A stretch of DNA of 32,000 nucleotides, taken from the NCBI RefSeq assembly GCF_000011805.1, contig NC_006840.2. One strand, given 5' to 3'. The stretch is from Aliivibrio fischeri ES114 (GTDB lineage Bacteria > Pseudomonadota > Gammaproteobacteria > Enterobacterales > Vibrionaceae). Below are positions 19,340 to 29,538 of the stretch, piece by piece. Within the stretch, counting starts at the first letter, position 1; every line of letters begins with the position of its first letter. Under the pieces are notes generated by a model that was not told the DNA's origin, made no database searches, and worked only from the letters and a program-made list of their open reading frames with translations. Made by a program: the position numbers and the translations under genes.

Positions 19340-22213
19340 TTATAGTGCAGCGATAGTTTCTTGTTGAGCTTCTAGTTTTACTAGAGTCTCTTGGTAACCT
19401 TCCAGTTTTTCACGTTCTTTAGCAATAACTGCTTCAGGTGCTTTTGCAACAAAACCTTCGTTGCCTAGTTTACCTTCGATACGTTTGATTTCACCTTGAG
19501 TTTTCTTCACTTCACCAGCAAGACGAGCAAGTTCTGCATCTTTATCGATAAGACCTGCCATTGGGATCATAAGCTCTGATTTACCAACAAGAGAAGTCGC
19601 ACATGCTGGTGTTTCTTCACCGTTTGCAAGTACTTTGATTTCATCCAGTTTAGCAAGAGAAGAAAGCACAACTTTGTTTGCTTCAATACGAGCAGCGTCT
19701 TTCTCATCAGCTACTTTAATCATTACTTCTAAGCCTTTGCTTGGTGCAATGTCGTATTCAGCACGTAAGTTACGAATGCTTGTAATGAATGCTTTAACCC
19801 ACTCAAGATCAGCAACCACATCAGCATTGAAGTTTTCTTCGTTAAACTGAGGAAGTGCTTGAGTCATGATTGTGTCGCCTTCAACACCATCCACTAGCGG
19901 CTTCACGCTCTGCCAGATAGATTCTGTGATGTAAGGAAGTACTGGGTGAGCAAGACGCAGTGTCTTCTCTAGAACTGTGATCAGCATGTAGCGAGTTGCT
20001 TGCTGCTGAGCTTCTGTACCTTTCCATAGAACTGGTTTAGTTAGCTCTAGGTACCAGTCACAGAATTGGTTCCAGATGAATTCGTAAAGCGTGTTTGCTG
20101 CCATATCTAGACGGTAGTTGTCTAGGTGAGCATTAAACTCTTTTGCTGCAAGTTCAAACTGAGATTCAATCCACTTATCAGCTAGAGAGAATTCCATGTT
20201 CGCACGTTCTTCAGCAGACAGTGACATGCCACAATCGTGCTCTTCTGTATTCATTAGTACGTAACGACTTGCGTTCCATAGTTTGTTACAGAAGTTACGG
20301 TAACCCTCAAGACGTTTCATATCCCAGTTGATGTCACGACCAGTTGAAGCCATAGCAGCAAGAGTGAAACGAAGTGCGTCAGTACCGTATGGTTCGATAC
20401 CGTTTTCGAAAGTCTTACGAGTGTTCTTTTCGATCTTCTTAGCTAGTTGAGGCTGCATCATGTTACCACAACGTTTTTCAACTAGAGACTCAAGGTCGAT
20501 ACCATCGATCATGTCGATAGGGTCAAGAACGTTACCTTTAGACTTAGACATCTTGTCGCCGTTTTCGTCACGGATAAGGCCTGTCATGTAAACTGTCTTA
20601 AATGGTACTTGTGCATTGCCTTCTTCGTCTTTTACGAAGTGCATGGTCATCATGATCATACGAGCAACCCAGAAGAAGATAATATCAAAACCAGATACTA
20701 GTACTTCAGATGGGTGGAATGTTTTTAGTGCATCAGTATTTTCAGGCCAACCTTGTGTACCGAATGTCCAAAGCGCAGAAGAGAACCATGTATCAAGTAC
20801 ATCGTCATCTTGGCGTAGAACAACAACAGGAGCTAGGTTGTTTTTCTCACGAACTTCTTCTTCAGTACGACCTACGTATACTTTACCGTCGTTGTCGTAC
20901 CATGCTGGGATACGGTGGCCCCACCAAAGTTGACGAGAGATACACCAATCTTGTACATCACGCATCCAAGCAAAGTACATGTTTTCGTATTGCTTTGGAA
21001 CGAACTGAATTTGACCATCTTCAACCGCTTTAACTGCAGGTTCTGCAAGAGGAGCTGTACGTACGTACCACTGGTCAGTCAGCATAGGTTCGATAACTAC
21101 GCCGCCACGGTCACCGTAAGGTACGGTTAGGTCGTGATCTTTGATTTCTTCAAGAAGGCCTAGTTCTTCAAATTCAGCAACGATAGTTTTACGAGCTTCG
21201 AAGCGCTCCATACCTTGGTATTTAGCTGGAATTTCTGTTGAGTAAACATCGCTTACTTCACCGTTAGTTGTGAATACTTCTGCAGATTCACGGATATCAG
21301 CGTTGAATGTTAGGATGTTGATCATTGGTAGTTGGTTACGTTTACCAACTTCGTAGTCATTGAAATCGTGTGCAGGAGTGATCTTCACACAACCTGTACC
21401 TTTTTCCATGTCCGCGTGCTCATCACCTACGATAGGGATCAGACGGTTAACGATAGGAAGTAGGATCTCTTTACCAATAAGATCTTTGTAACGAGGATCT
21501 TCTGGGTTTACAGCTACACCTGTATCGCCAAGCATGGTTTCTGGACGAGTTGTTGCTACAACAATGTAGTCTTTACCGTCAGCAGTTTTAACACCGTTTG
21601 CTAGTGGGTAGCGGAAGTGCCACATGAAGCCTTTTTTGTCTTTGTTTTCAACTTCAAGATCAGAAATTGCAGTGTGCAGTTTAGGGTCCCAGTTTACTAG
21701 GCGCTTACCACGGTAAATAAGGTCTTCTTCGTATAGACGAACAAACACTTCTTGAGTAGCAGCAGATAGACCATCATCCATAGTGAAACGCTCACGGTCC
21801 CAGTCTACAGATGCACCTAGACGACGAAGCTGCTTAGTGATTGTGCCACCAGATTCGTTTTTCCATTCCCAGATTTTGTCGATGAAAGCATCACGGCCGT
21901 AGTCGTGTTTTGTTTTGCCTTCTTCAGCAGCAATCTTACGCTCAACAACCATTTGAGTTGCGATACCTGCGTGGTCTGTACCAACCTGCCAAAGCGTATT
22001 TTTACCTTTCATACGCTCAGCACGGATTAGAGTATCCATGATTGTATCTTGGAAAGCGTGACCCATGTGTAAGCTACCTGTGACGTTCGGTGGCGGGATC
22101 ATGATGCTGTAAGCTTCTTTTGAAGTGTCACCGTGTGGCTTAAAGTAGCCTTTTTCTTCCCAAGTCTGGTACAGAGTTTGTTCTATCGATTGCGGGTTAT
22201 ATGTCTTTTCCAT
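19340..22213 (-). CDS. valS: Valyl-tRNA synthetase
   Basis: Colinear with recalled E. coli ValS from MEKTYNPQ (ATG at 22213). The 14-codon upstream extension in the track has no counterpart there. The HIGH region [14 protein letters not shown], the KMSKS motif and the C-terminal coiled coil are present. Confidence 0.97.
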   Translation of the reverse strand: MEKTYNPQSIEQTLYQTWEEKGYFKPHGDTSKEAYSIMIPPPNVTGSLHMGHAFQDTIMDTLIRAERMKGKNTLWQVGTDHAGIATQMVVERKIAAEEGKTKHDYGRDAFIDKIWEWKNESGGTITKQLRRLGASVDWDRERFTMDDGLSAATQEVFVRLYEEDLIYRGKRLVNWDPKLHTAISDLEVENKDKKGFMWHFRYPLANGVKTADGKDYIVVATTRPETMLGDTGVAVNPEDPRYKDLIGKEILLPIVNRLIPIVGDEHADMEKGTGCVKITPAHDFNDYEVGKRNQLPMINILTFNADIRESAEVFTTNGEVSDVYSTEIPAKYQGMERFEARKTIVAEFEELGLLEEIKDHDLTVPYGDRGGVVIEPMLTDQWYVRTAPLAEPAVKAVEDGQIQFVPKQYENMYFAWMRDVQDWCISRQLWWGHRIPAWYDNDGKVYVGRTEEEVREKNNLAPVVVLRQDDDVLDTWFSSALWTFGTQGWPENTDALKTFHPSEVLVSGFDIIFFWVARMIMMTMHFVKDEEGNAQVPFKTVYMTGLIRDENGDKMSKSKGNVLDPIDMIDGIDLESLVEKRCGNMMQPQLAKKIEKNTRKTFENGIEPYGTDALRFTLAAMASTGRDINWDMKRLEGYRNFCNKLWNASRYVLMNTEEHDCGMSLSAEERANMEFSLADKWIESQFELAAKEFNAHLDNYRLDMAANTLYEFIWNQFCDWYLELTKPVLWKGTEAQQQATRYMLITVLEKTLRLAHPVLPYITESIWQSVKPLVDGVEGDTIMTQALPQFNEENFNADVVADLEWVKAFITSIRNLRAEYDIAPSKGLEVMIKVADEKDAARIEANKVVLSSLAKLDEIKVLANGEETPACATSLVGKSELMIPMAGLIDKDAELARLAGEVKKTQGEIKRIEGKLGNEGFVAKAPEAVIAKEREKLEGYQETLVKLEAQQETIAAL

Positions 22214-22323
22214 AGTGTTCGTCACGAATATCTCTATTAAAAAGTGGAATGCCAAATATCATAATTAATGGCTCATTATTAAAAAGAATAAATATATGAG
22301 TCATTTAGCTATGATGATTGGCA

Positions 22324-22767
22324 TCATTTCAGTATCTCGGTTTGCATGGCTCGGCCTGCATTTCGGTATATTTTATACCTTTCTCGAGCTTGTTGTTTGC
22401 TTTTTTCTTCGCAAGGTACGAAGTCTACCACTTGAGCAAAGGAAACAGCAAAACTTGCGACCTCTTGAGCTAAATTAATTAACACATGACGGCGTCCTGA
22501 TGAGCGTAATGTTCCCCAACCAATTTCGATAGGGGAGCCTGATTTTGGCCCTTCTCCAACTAAATTGTGTGGCGTAAATTCTGATACATCATATTGCCAA
22601 AGTGCTTCATCAATCAGCAAGGCTTGTTCTTTATCTTGGGCTAATACATACACTCGTGCATTTTGAGAGTAATAATAGTGAGCAAGCTGACACACAAATT
22701 TTAGCTGACCATCAGTGGTTGCAGCTGGAGATGTGGGTTCTAAAACATAAAACAGGGCTTGGCTCAT
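22324..22767 (-). CDS. holC: DNA polymerase III chi subunit
   Basis: 147 aa (same as E. coli HolC). Shared segments include FTPHNLVGEGP and VVDFVP.E...KQ.ARERYK.YR. It sits between pepA and valS, as in E. coli. Confidence 0.92.
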   Translation of the reverse strand: MSQALFYVLEPTSPAATTDGQLKFVCQLAHYYYSQNARVYVLAQDKEQALLIDEALWQYDVSEFTPHNLVGEGPKSGSPIEIGWGTLRSSGRRHVLINLAQEVASFAVSFAQVVDFVPCEEKSKQQARERYKIYRNAGRAMQTEILK

Positions 22768-22799
22768 AAACTCTCTTAAGTGGATAAATAGTACGTATT

Positions 22800-22826
22800 A
22801 AAAAAGGGCCTCAATATAGGCCCTTT
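22800..22826 (-). terminator. Rho-independent terminator after pepA
   Basis: On the minus strand: aaagggcct-atattg-aggcccttt (9-bp perfect stem), running into TTTTTT. Confidence 0.8.
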
Positions 22827-22846
22827 ATATCATAAAACGAATTGGT

Positions 22847-24355
22847 TTATTCTTCGTTTTCTTGGCCTGAACGATTCAGTAGGAATTGGACAAGCAATGA
22901 GACTGGTCGCCCTGTTGACCCTTTATTTGCACCAGAGACCCAAGCAGTACCTGCACTGTCAATATGAGCCCAGTGGTATTTCTTAGCAAAACGAGAAAGG
23001 AAACAGCCTGCAGTAATGGTACCAGCAGCTTTGCCGCCGATATTACCCATATCTGCAAATGGGCTGCTTAGTTGCTCGTTGTACTCTTCAGCCATTGGTA
23101 AGCGCCAAGCACGGTCACCCGATTGTTCAGACGCATTAATTAGCTCATGAGCAAGTGGGTTGTGATTCGAAATCAAACCGCTGATGTGGTGACCAAGTGC
23201 AACAACACATGCACCGGTTAATGTTGCGACATCAACCACACATTCTGGTTCATAACGCTCAACATAAGTCAGCGCATCACAAAGCACTAGTCGACCTTCA
23301 GCATCGGTATTTAATACTTCAACCGTTTGGCCTGACATCGTAGTTAGAATATCACCTGGACGGTATGAGTTGCTGCTTGGCATATTTTCACAGCCTGCAA
23401 GCACACCAACAACGTTTAGTGGTAAGTTCAGTTTAGCTAGTGCTTTCATTGCACCAAATACTGAAGCTGCGCCACACATGTCGTATTTCATTTCATCCAT
23501 GCCTTCGCTTGGCTTAATTGAAATACCGCCTGAATCAAACGTTAAACCTTTACCAATTAGAACGATTGGTTTTGCAGCAGGGTCAGGGTGACCTTTGTAT
23601 TCCATGATAGACATCATAGATTCGTTGTGAGAGCCCTGGCCAACCGCTAAGTAAGAGGTCATGCCTAGCTTTTTCATTTCCTCTTCGCCAATGATCTTGG
23701 TGGTTACGGTTTCGTAATCATCAGCAAGACGACGAGCTTGAGAAGCAAGATAAGCTGGGTTTGCTACGTTTGGTGGCATGTTGCCTAAATCTTTCGATGC
23801 TTTAACACCAGAAGCAATAGATAAACCATGAGCAATCGCTTTTTCACCTAAGTTAAGTTCACGGCGAGTCGGAACATTGAAGACTAACTTACGTAATGGG
23901 CGACGAGTCTCAGGCTTATTGCTCTTAAATTGATTAAAGGTGTATAAGCTGTCTTTAGTCGACTCAACGGCTTGGCGAACTTTCCAATACGTATCGCGAC
24001 CTTTAACGTGAAGCTCTGTAAGAAAACATACCGCTTCCATAGAGCCTGTTTCATTTAGTGTGCTGATAGTTTTCTTGATGATATCTTTATATTGACGCTC
24101 ACCAAGTTCACGCTCTTTACCACAACCAACTAATAAAACACGCTCCGAAAGAATGTTTGGCACTTGGTGCAATAGCAACATTTGGCCTGGCTTTCCTTCA
24201 AGATCACCACGACGAAGTAGTGAACTTATGTAGCCGCCACTGATTTTATCAAGCTGCTCAGCTATTGGAGATAAACGACGTGGTTCAAAGACACCAACAA
24301 CGATACAAGCGCTGCGTTGTTTCTCTGGACTACCACTTTTTACACTGAACTCCAT
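22847..24355 (-). CDS. pepA: Leucyl aminopeptidase PepA (M17)
   Basis: 502 aa with the M17 signature [14 protein letters not shown] and metal ligands in [10 protein letters not shown]. Confidence 0.96.
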
Positions 24356-24544
24356 GCGTACTCCTACATCCTAAAGACAAATAGAACTAAATGTTAGATA
24401 ATGAGTAAAATCTAGCAAGATACTGTAATATTCGTATACTAATTTCACAGGCTAACATTCAGCCAAAGATTAAAAAATAAATGGTTAACACGGAAATTAT
24501 AGTGATTCTGGCAAAAATACAAGTTTTCTATAGGTAGATTCGAC

Positions 24545-25657
24545 GTGATTATTATTAGATATTTGATCAAGGAGACATTAAAGAGTCAATTTGCGATCTT
24601 TTTTGTACTTTTTTTGATCTTCATGAGTCAAAAATTTATTAGTGTGTTAGCTGACGCATCAGACGGGGATATTCCTGGTGGTTTAATTCTTTCTCTTGTG
24701 GGATTGAATATGCCAGCTATGGGACTATTGATGCTGCCGCTTAGTATATTTATTGGTATTTTGCTGACATTTGGCCGCCTTTATGCGGAGAGTGAAATCA
24801 CCGTAATGAATGCAACGGGTATGGGAAACTCCATTCTAATTCGAGCGGCATTATATCTTGCGTTAATTACAGGTGCTGCTGCTACTTTTAACTCACTTTG
24901 GTTATCTCCTTGGAGCCAAGAAAAAACGACACAGCTAATGGAAACTGTCGAATCTGATGCTGGTGTCGACTTGTTGCAAAAAGGACAGTTTCAACGCTCT
25001 CCTGATGGAAAAGCCGTCGTATTTATTGATGATATTAGCAATAAAAATGGCAAAGAACTGCGCCACATATTTTTAGCACAACCAGTTCCTCATGATTCTT
25101 TGCGCCCGAGTGTATTGGTTGCAGATAAAGGGGTAGTGAAAGAGCTTAAAGATGGTCGTCAGGTATTAGAGCTTCAGGATGGAACTCGTTATGAGGGGAT
25201 CCCAACTCGTCTAGATTACTTAGAGAGTAATTTTAAGTCTTATGAAGTTCTGATTGGACAAAAAGAAGTTAAAGAAAAACGTCGTGATTGGGATGCTATT
25301 CCAACGCTTGATTTAATGAAGCGTCCAGAATTAGAAGCGAAAGCAGAATTGCAATGGCGTATCTCTCTAATTATTTGTATTCCATTACTGACAATGGTGG
25401 TTGTGCCTCTGTCTGCCGTAAACCCTCGTCAGGGACGTTTTGCTAAGCTTGGGCCAGCAGTATTGCTTTACTTAGCTTACTTCTTATCATTAAGTGCGGG
25501 TAAATCAGCGATAGAAGATGGTGGCCTTGCTCCTTCGATTGGTCTATGGGCAATTAATGCAACATTGTTGTTAGTTGGTATTGTTCTTAATTCCATGGAC
25601 AGTGTTTTTGTTAGACAAATAAAAGATAAAATGCGGAGAAAACCAAAGAATGTTTAA
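24545..25657 (+). CDS. lptF: LPS export ABC permease LptF
   Basis: 370 aa. The GTG start gives MIIIRYLIKETLKSQ, matching the recalled E. coli LptF N-terminus MIIIRYLVRETLKSQ. It is divergent from pepA, as in E. coli. Confidence 0.95.
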   Translation: MIIIRYLIKETLKSQFAIFFVLFLIFMSQKFISVLADASDGDIPGGLILSLVGLNMPAMGLLMLPLSIFIGILLTFGRLYAESEITVMNATGMGNSILIRAALYLALITGAAATFNSLWLSPWSQEKTTQLMETVESDAGVDLLQKGQFQRSPDGKAVVFIDDISNKNGKELRHIFLAQPVPHDSLRPSVLVADKGVVKELKDGRQVLELQDGTRYEGIPTRLDYLESNFKSYEVLIGQKEVKEKRRDWDAIPTLDLMKRPELEAKAELQWRISLIICIPLLTMVVVPLSAVNPRQGRFAKLGPAVLLYLAYFLSLSAGKSAIEDGGLAPSIGLWAINATLLLVGIVLNSMDSVFVRQIKDKMRRKPKNV

Positions 25658-26726
25658 GATTTTAGATTGGTATATTGGCCGTACGATTATTGCCACCTCA
25701 GCTCTATGTCTGGTGACGTTAGTTGGTTTATCTTCGATCATTAAATACGTAGAACAATTACGAAAAGTAGGGCGAGGAACTTACGATTTACTTGATGCAT
25801 TGTATTTTGTAATTTTAAGTATGCCTCGTGATATTGAGATGTTTTTCCCAATGGCTGCACTACTTGGGGCTTTAATCGGTTTGGGTATGCTTGCGGCTAG
25901 TTCTGAATTAGTCGTTATGCAAGCGGCGGGTTATTCAAAGTTAAGCATCGGTGTTTCAGTGTTAAAAACGGCAATCCCACTAATGTTAATGGTAATGGCA
26001 TTAGGACAATGGGGCGCACCTCAAGCACAGAAAATGGCTCGTGATTTACGTACTTTTGAAGTTTCAGGCGGTAATATTGCAGCGGTAAGAGCTGGCGTGT
26101 GGGCAAAAGATGCTGATGATTTCATTTATTTAGCTCGAGTAGAGAATAAAGAAAAATTGTATGGCGTAACGGTTTGGCAATTTGATGATAATCAAGACCT
26201 AAATAACGTTATTTTTGCACGTACAGCAACCTATCAGGCCGCTCAAGATGACTGGAAAATGAATGATGTATCGATTACTCAAATGAAAGATAAGGCTGTG
26301 ATCAGTGAAAAGAAAGTCGATTCTTTAGATTGGTCAACAACCTTAACGCCAGACAAATTAGCAGTTGTAACCGTGAAGCCAGAAGAGCAGTCATTAACTG
26401 GGCTTTATGATTACGTTAATTACTTAAAAGATTCAGAGTTGGACGCGTCACGTTATGAATTGGCTTTCTGGCGTAAAGCACTGCAGCCAATTTCGGTAGC
26501 GGTAATGATGCTACTTGCTCTGTCATTCGTATTTGGTCCATTACGAAGTGTGACTATGGGCGCTCGTATTTTATCTGGTGTGATTGCAGGCTTTACGTTT
26601 TATATTTCTAATGAAGTATTTGGACCAATGACCTTGGTGTATAACATACACCCCATATTCGGGGCACTAGGGCCAAGTTTGGTCTTTTTAGCCGTGACTG
26701 TCGGTTTATTAAATAGAAAATTATAA
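25650..26726 (+). CDS. lptG: LPS export ABC permease LptG
   Basis: 358 aa of the YjgP/YjgQ family. It overlaps lptF by 8 nt (ATGTTTAA). Confidence 0.95.
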   Translation: MFKILDWYIGRTIIATSALCLVTLVGLSSIIKYVEQLRKVGRGTYDLLDALYFVILSMPRDIEMFFPMAALLGALIGLGMLAASSELVVMQAAGYSKLSIGVSVLKTAIPLMLMVMALGQWGAPQAQKMARDLRTFEVSGGNIAAVRAGVWAKDADDFIYLARVENKEKLYGVTVWQFDDNQDLNNVIFARTATYQAAQDDWKMNDVSITQMKDKAVISEKKVDSLDWSTTLTPDKLAVVTVKPEEQSLTGLYDYVNYLKDSELDASRYELAFWRKALQPISVAVMMLLALSFVFGPLRSVTMGARILSGVIAGFTFYISNEVFGPMTLVYNIHPIFGALGPSLVFLAVTVGLLNRKL

Positions 26727-26737
26727 TATTTAATTAA

Positions 26738-26777
26738 ATAAAAAGGAGATGCATTTAAAATGTATCTCCTTTTTTTG
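26738..26777. terminator. Bidirectional rho-independent terminator between lptG and the RDD gene
   Basis: Stem ggagatgca / tgtatctcc extended by A:T pairs, loop tttaaaa, followed by 7 T, with an A-run upstream. Confidence 0.8.
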
Positions 26778-26799
26778 TATTTAATTTTGGTACTTAATA

Positions 26800-27264
26800 C
26801 TAAATCGCTTTATCTAAAACAATAACGCGAGTTTTTGCCCATGTATCTTGGAAGGCGGAGTTATCGTGAGAGATAAATACTAATAAGTTGCCTAAACCAA
26901 ATGCCGATGTGGACATACGGATAATAGCTTGGGTTAGTGTGATAGGGGATCCATCAAGTTGTTGTACTTGTAGTTTCCATGCTCGCATTCCAAGAGTTTG
27001 GCCTTTACACCAAAAGTAAGCAAAGAAGCCAACGAAAACAGAAACAAGAGTAACAGGGTAAAGGTTACGCCATAGTGGGTCGTGATTGAGATAAGAACTC
27101 ACATCTGGAAATTCACCGTAACTAATAATGCCTGCGCCATAAAGCATTTCAAGCGTCGCCACGATAGCGCCACCAGTTAACATCATCACAGCACTAATGA
27201 TTAAGGTATCGTAAAACCATGCTCCCATTCGGCGCATAAAGCCAGCTTGTTTTTGAGTGTTCAT
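26800..27264 (-). CDS. RDD-family integral membrane protein
   Basis: ORF with an AGF.RR..A...D N-terminal RDD signature and 3 predicted TM segments. The track start is at 27276, but the ATG at 27264 (MNTQKQ...) has GGAAG upstream. Confidence 0.75.
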   Translation of the reverse strand: MNTQKQAGFMRRMGAWFYDTLIISAVMMLTGGAIVATLEMLYGAGIISYGEFPDVSSYLNHDPLWRNLYPVTLVSVFVGFFAYFWCKGQTLGMRAWKLQVQQLDGSPITLTQAIIRMSTSAFGLGNLLVFISHDNSAFQDTWAKTRVIVLDKAI

Positions 27265-27386
27265 TTTTTCTTCCATAAATTAAAAAACTGACAGCAGTAT
27301 AACGACTGTGAGGGAAAAAATGAAAATCAGATTGTAAATAAGTGCTGCTTATTTCAGCAAACAAAAAACTAAGAGTAATAAAGAGC

Positions 27387-27414
27387 TTGCGCCAAGATCA
27401 TCTCTGAGTATAAT
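27387..27414 (+). promoter_or_regulatory. Candidate sigma-70 promoter of tRNA-Leu
   Basis: TTGCGC (27387-27392), 16-nt spacer, TATAAT (27409-27414), about 30 nt upstream of the mature tRNA 5' end. Confidence 0.55.
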
Positions 27415-27443
27415 CAATCACATCAAGCAGCAATGCTGATAAA

Positions 27444-27528
27444 GCCGGTATGGTGAAATTGGTATACACGACGGATTCAAAATCCGTTGCCTTCGGGCGT
27501 GGCGGTTCAAGTCCGCCTACCGGTACCA
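27444..27528 (+). tRNA. tRNA-Leu (anticodon CAA), class II with long variable arm
   Basis: Cloverleaf read by eye. Acceptor gccggta/taccggt (G1:U72), D-arm gtg-aaattggtata-cac, anticodon arm acgga-ttCAAaa-tccgt, variable arm tgccttcgggcgt, T-arm ggcgg-ttcaagt-ccgcc, discriminator A, encoded CCA. Confidence 0.9.
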
Positions 27529-27540
27529 TATTTAAACGAT

Positions 27541-27572
27541 AAAGCCTCGATGAAAATCGGGGCTTTGTTGTA
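27541..27572 (+). terminator. Rho-independent terminator after tRNA-Leu
   Basis: Stem agcctcgat / atcggggct (9 bp, one G:U), GAAA loop, then tttgttgt. Confidence 0.65.
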
Positions 27573-27611
27573 TCTGGAGAATGGAAATTTAATTATCCAC
27601 TTCTTATTAAA

Positions 27612-27634
27612 AAGCCCCAACCTAAATCAGGGCT
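27612..27634 (-). terminator. Weak candidate terminator after the dgkA/small-ORF unit
   Basis: GC-rich 5-bp stem (agccc/gggct) with a 12-nt loop, followed on the minus strand by tttt. It is marginal. Confidence 0.3.
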
Positions 27635-27662
27635 CTAGTACTAGTATTACTAGCCAAAAGCG

Positions 27663-27920
27663 TTACTGGTTTTCGTTAAGCTTTGCTTTTGCTTCTTCAA
27701 CTTTAGAAAAATCCAAACCTAGCTCTTCAACAGCTTCTTTAATTAAAGCAGGATTACTCATTACTAACATCATCAATGGCTGTAGTTTCTCTTGTGGAAT
27801 ACCAAGAGACTGAATGGTTGCCATTGCTGCGAATGGATTCTGTGTTAGTGTTTGGAACACTTCTGCGATTTGTTCATCGCTTACATTATGTTCTTTTAGT
27901 GTTTGAATAATTGGATTCAT
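27663..27920 (-). CDS. Small (85 aa) predicted all-helical cytoplasmic protein of unknown function
   Basis: ORF with an AAGG SD. It starts 33 nt downstream of dgkA on the same strand. No motif is recognisable. It has no TM segment or signal peptide. Confidence 0.6.
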   Translation of the reverse strand: MNPIIQTLKEHNVSDEQIAEVFQTLTQNPFAAMATIQSLGIPQEKLQPLMMLVMSNPALIKEAVEELGLDFSKVEEAKAKLNENQ

Positions 27921-27953
27921 TTAAATATGCCTTAATAATTATTAGAATTGGTA

Positions 27954-28340
27954 TTAAAGATAATGACTTCCTAAAATCATTAACCAAGTAAAGCCTGCAA
28001 AGCACAGAGCGACGAATACAGCCGCAGAACCAATATCTTTGGCTCTTCCACTTAATTCGTGGTGTTCTGGCCCTATACGGTCAACTACCGCTTCAATAGC
28101 TGAGTTTAAAAGCTCAATCATAAAGATCAGAACAAACACACCAACTAATAAGATTTTTTCAACGACAGTGACATCCAGCAGTAAAGCGATAGGCGTGGCA
28201 ATAACTAACATAGCAAATTCTTGGCGAACGGCTGCTTCATGTTTGAATGCGGCTTTTAACCCTTGGATTGAGAATCCAGTAGCTTTAATAATGCGTTTGA
28301 TCCCAGTGTTCCCTGGTTTACCTGATGGTACGTCTGTCAT
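27954..28340 (-). CDS. dgkA: Diacylglycerol kinase DgkA
   Basis: 128 aa, colinear with recalled E. coli DgkA (EILNSAIEAVVDRIG.E.HELSGRAKD.GSAAV). Confidence 0.94.
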   Translation of the reverse strand: MTDVPSGKPGNTGIKRIIKATGFSIQGLKAAFKHEAAVRQEFAMLVIATPIALLLDVTVVEKILLVGVFVLIFMIELLNSAIEAVVDRIGPEHHELSGRAKDIGSAAVFVALCFAGFTWLMILGSHYL

Positions 28341-28414
28341 GATATAGCCTTAACGATATACATAATACAAAGGAGTGGGGTATGGTAGTGCTGAGATTAA
28401 GAAATGACAAGCAT

Positions 28415-28446
28415 AAAAAAAGCCTCATCAGATGATGAGGCTTTTT
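28415..28446 (-). terminator. Rho-independent terminator closing the tRNA array
   Basis: Perfect 9-bp stem agcctcatc (28421-28429) / gatgaggct (28434-28442). On the minus strand a run of 7 T follows. It lies 5 nt downstream of the last tRNA. Confidence 0.85.
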
Positions 28447-28450
28447 AATA

Positions 28451-28526
28451 TGGCTCCCTTTGCTGGACTTGAACCAGCGACATACGGATTAACAGTCCGC
28501 CGTTCTACCGACTGAACTAAAAGGGA
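28451..28526 (-). tRNA. tRNA-Asn (GUU), copy 1
   Basis: Reverse complement is tcccttttagttcagtcggtagaacggcggactGTTaatccgtatgtcgctggttcaagtccagcaaagggagcca. It is near-identical in architecture to E. coli tRNA-Asn, with encoded CCA. Confidence 0.95.
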
Positions 28527-28532
28527 ATTGTA

Positions 28533-28608
28533 TGGTGCCTCGAGGCGGAATCGAACCACCGACACGAGGATTTTCAATCCTCTGCTCTACCGACTGAGCT
28601 ATCGAGGC
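28533..28608 (-). tRNA. tRNA-Phe (GAA), copy 1
   Basis: Reverse complement is gcctcgatagctcagtcggtagagcagaggattGAAaatcctcgtgtcggtggttcgattccgcctcgaggcacca. Confidence 0.95.
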
Positions 28609-28615
28609 AAAAGAA

Positions 28616-28691
<76 letters not shown>

Positions 28692-28764
28692 ACACTATAT
28701 TCTTATGCTGTTACTGATGTTTCTTCAGTAACTAAAACCTTGTTATAAACAAAGCTTTAAAATG

Positions 28765-28840
28765 TGGCTCCCTTTGCTGGACTTGAACCAGCGACATACG
28801 GATTAACAGTCCGCCGTTCTACCGACTGAACTAAAAGGGA
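28765..28840 (-). tRNA. tRNA-Asn (GUU), copy 2
   Basis: Identical by eye to 28451-28526. Confidence 0.95.
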
Positions 28841-28873
28841 ACAGGTTTTGTTTTCTTCTTTTAAGGGAAGAAA

Positions 28874-28949
<76 letters not shown>

Positions 28950-28990
28950 ACGTATTTTTTATTAATCTTTAGGTGAAAGATTAAATTGTT

Positions 28991-29066
28991 TGGCTCCCTT
29001 TGCTGGACTTGAACCAGCGACATACGGATTAACAGTCCGCCGTTCTACCGACTGAACTAAAAGGGA
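28991..29066 (-). tRNA. tRNA-Asn (GUU), copy 3
   Basis: Identical by eye to 28451-28526. Confidence 0.95.
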
Positions 29067-29072
29067 ATTGTA

Positions 29073-29148
29073 TGGTGCCTCGAGGCGGAATCGAACCACC
29101 GACACGAGGATTTTCAATCCTCTGCTCTACCGACTGAGCTATCGAGGC
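29073..29148 (-). tRNA. tRNA-Phe (GAA), copy 2
   Basis: Identical by eye to 28533-28608. Confidence 0.95.
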
Positions 29149-29155
29149 AAAAGAA

Positions 29156-29231
<76 letters not shown>

Positions 29232-29306
29232 ACACTAAATTCTTTTGACTATTCGTGATTTAGAGTTTAATTGTAAACTTAAAACAACACCAACAATCTT
29301 ATTGTA

Positions 29307-29382
29307 TGGTGCCCGGAGGCGGAATCGAACCACCGACACGAGGATTTTCAATCCTCTGCTCTACCGACTGAGCTATCCGGGC
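29307..29382 (-). tRNA. tRNA-Phe (GAA), promoter-proximal isodecoder with a variant acceptor stem
   Basis: Reverse complement is gcccggatagctcagtcggtagagcagaggattGAAaatcctcgtgtcggtggttcgattccgcctccgggcacca. It differs from the other two Phe genes only at acceptor pairs 4:69 and 5:68. Confidence 0.95.
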
Positions 29383-29392
29383 AACGAGCGCT

Positions 29393-29440
29393 ATTAAACG
29401 GATTTTTACCCTCAGCGTCAACTTTTTTTTTCAAAATAGT
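29393..29440 (-). promoter_or_regulatory. Stable-RNA-type promoter of the tRNA array (UP element, -35, -10, GC discriminator)
   Basis: On the minus strand: the A-tract actattttgaaaaaaaaag, TTGACG (29421-29416), 17-nt spacer, TTTAAT (29398-29393), then agCGCtcgtt directly before the tRNA-Phe 5' end at 29382. The GC-rich discriminator and A-tract UP element are typical of rRNA/tRNA promoters. Confidence 0.65.
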
Positions 29441-29538
29441 CCGTTTTTTTGATTGTTTGATTGAATATTCAGCGAATGGCCTGTTTTATGGTTAAAACTT
29501 TCCCGAATTAAACTCTTTTTTAAAGGCGGTAACTTTTT

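Noticed and set aside
24500-24525. Possible sigma-54 promoter (ctGGCAaaaatacaagttttc) upstream of lptF, and a similar tTGGCAttccactttt upstream of valS (~22235-22255).
   Set aside because: The GG is present, but no GC dinucleotide lies at the required 10-nt spacing, so neither fits the TGGCAC-N5-TTGC consensus.
27336-27354. Hairpin aaataag-tgctg-cttattt upstream of the tRNA-Leu promoter.
   Set aside because: It is a short AT-only stem with no U-tail on either strand and an alternative overlapping pairing. It is likely fortuitous.
27487-27813. 108-aa plus-strand ORF spanning the tRNA-Leu 3' half, two terminator hairpins and the antisense strand of the small helical ORF.
   Set aside because: It begins inside a tRNA gene and runs through terminators, so it is not plausible as a coding region.
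27444-28450. tRNA-Leu as a possible integration site for a genomic island or prophage.
   Set aside because: No integrase, no direct repeat of the tRNA 3' end, and the downstream genes (small ORF, dgkA) are housekeeping-like and bounded by another tRNA locus.
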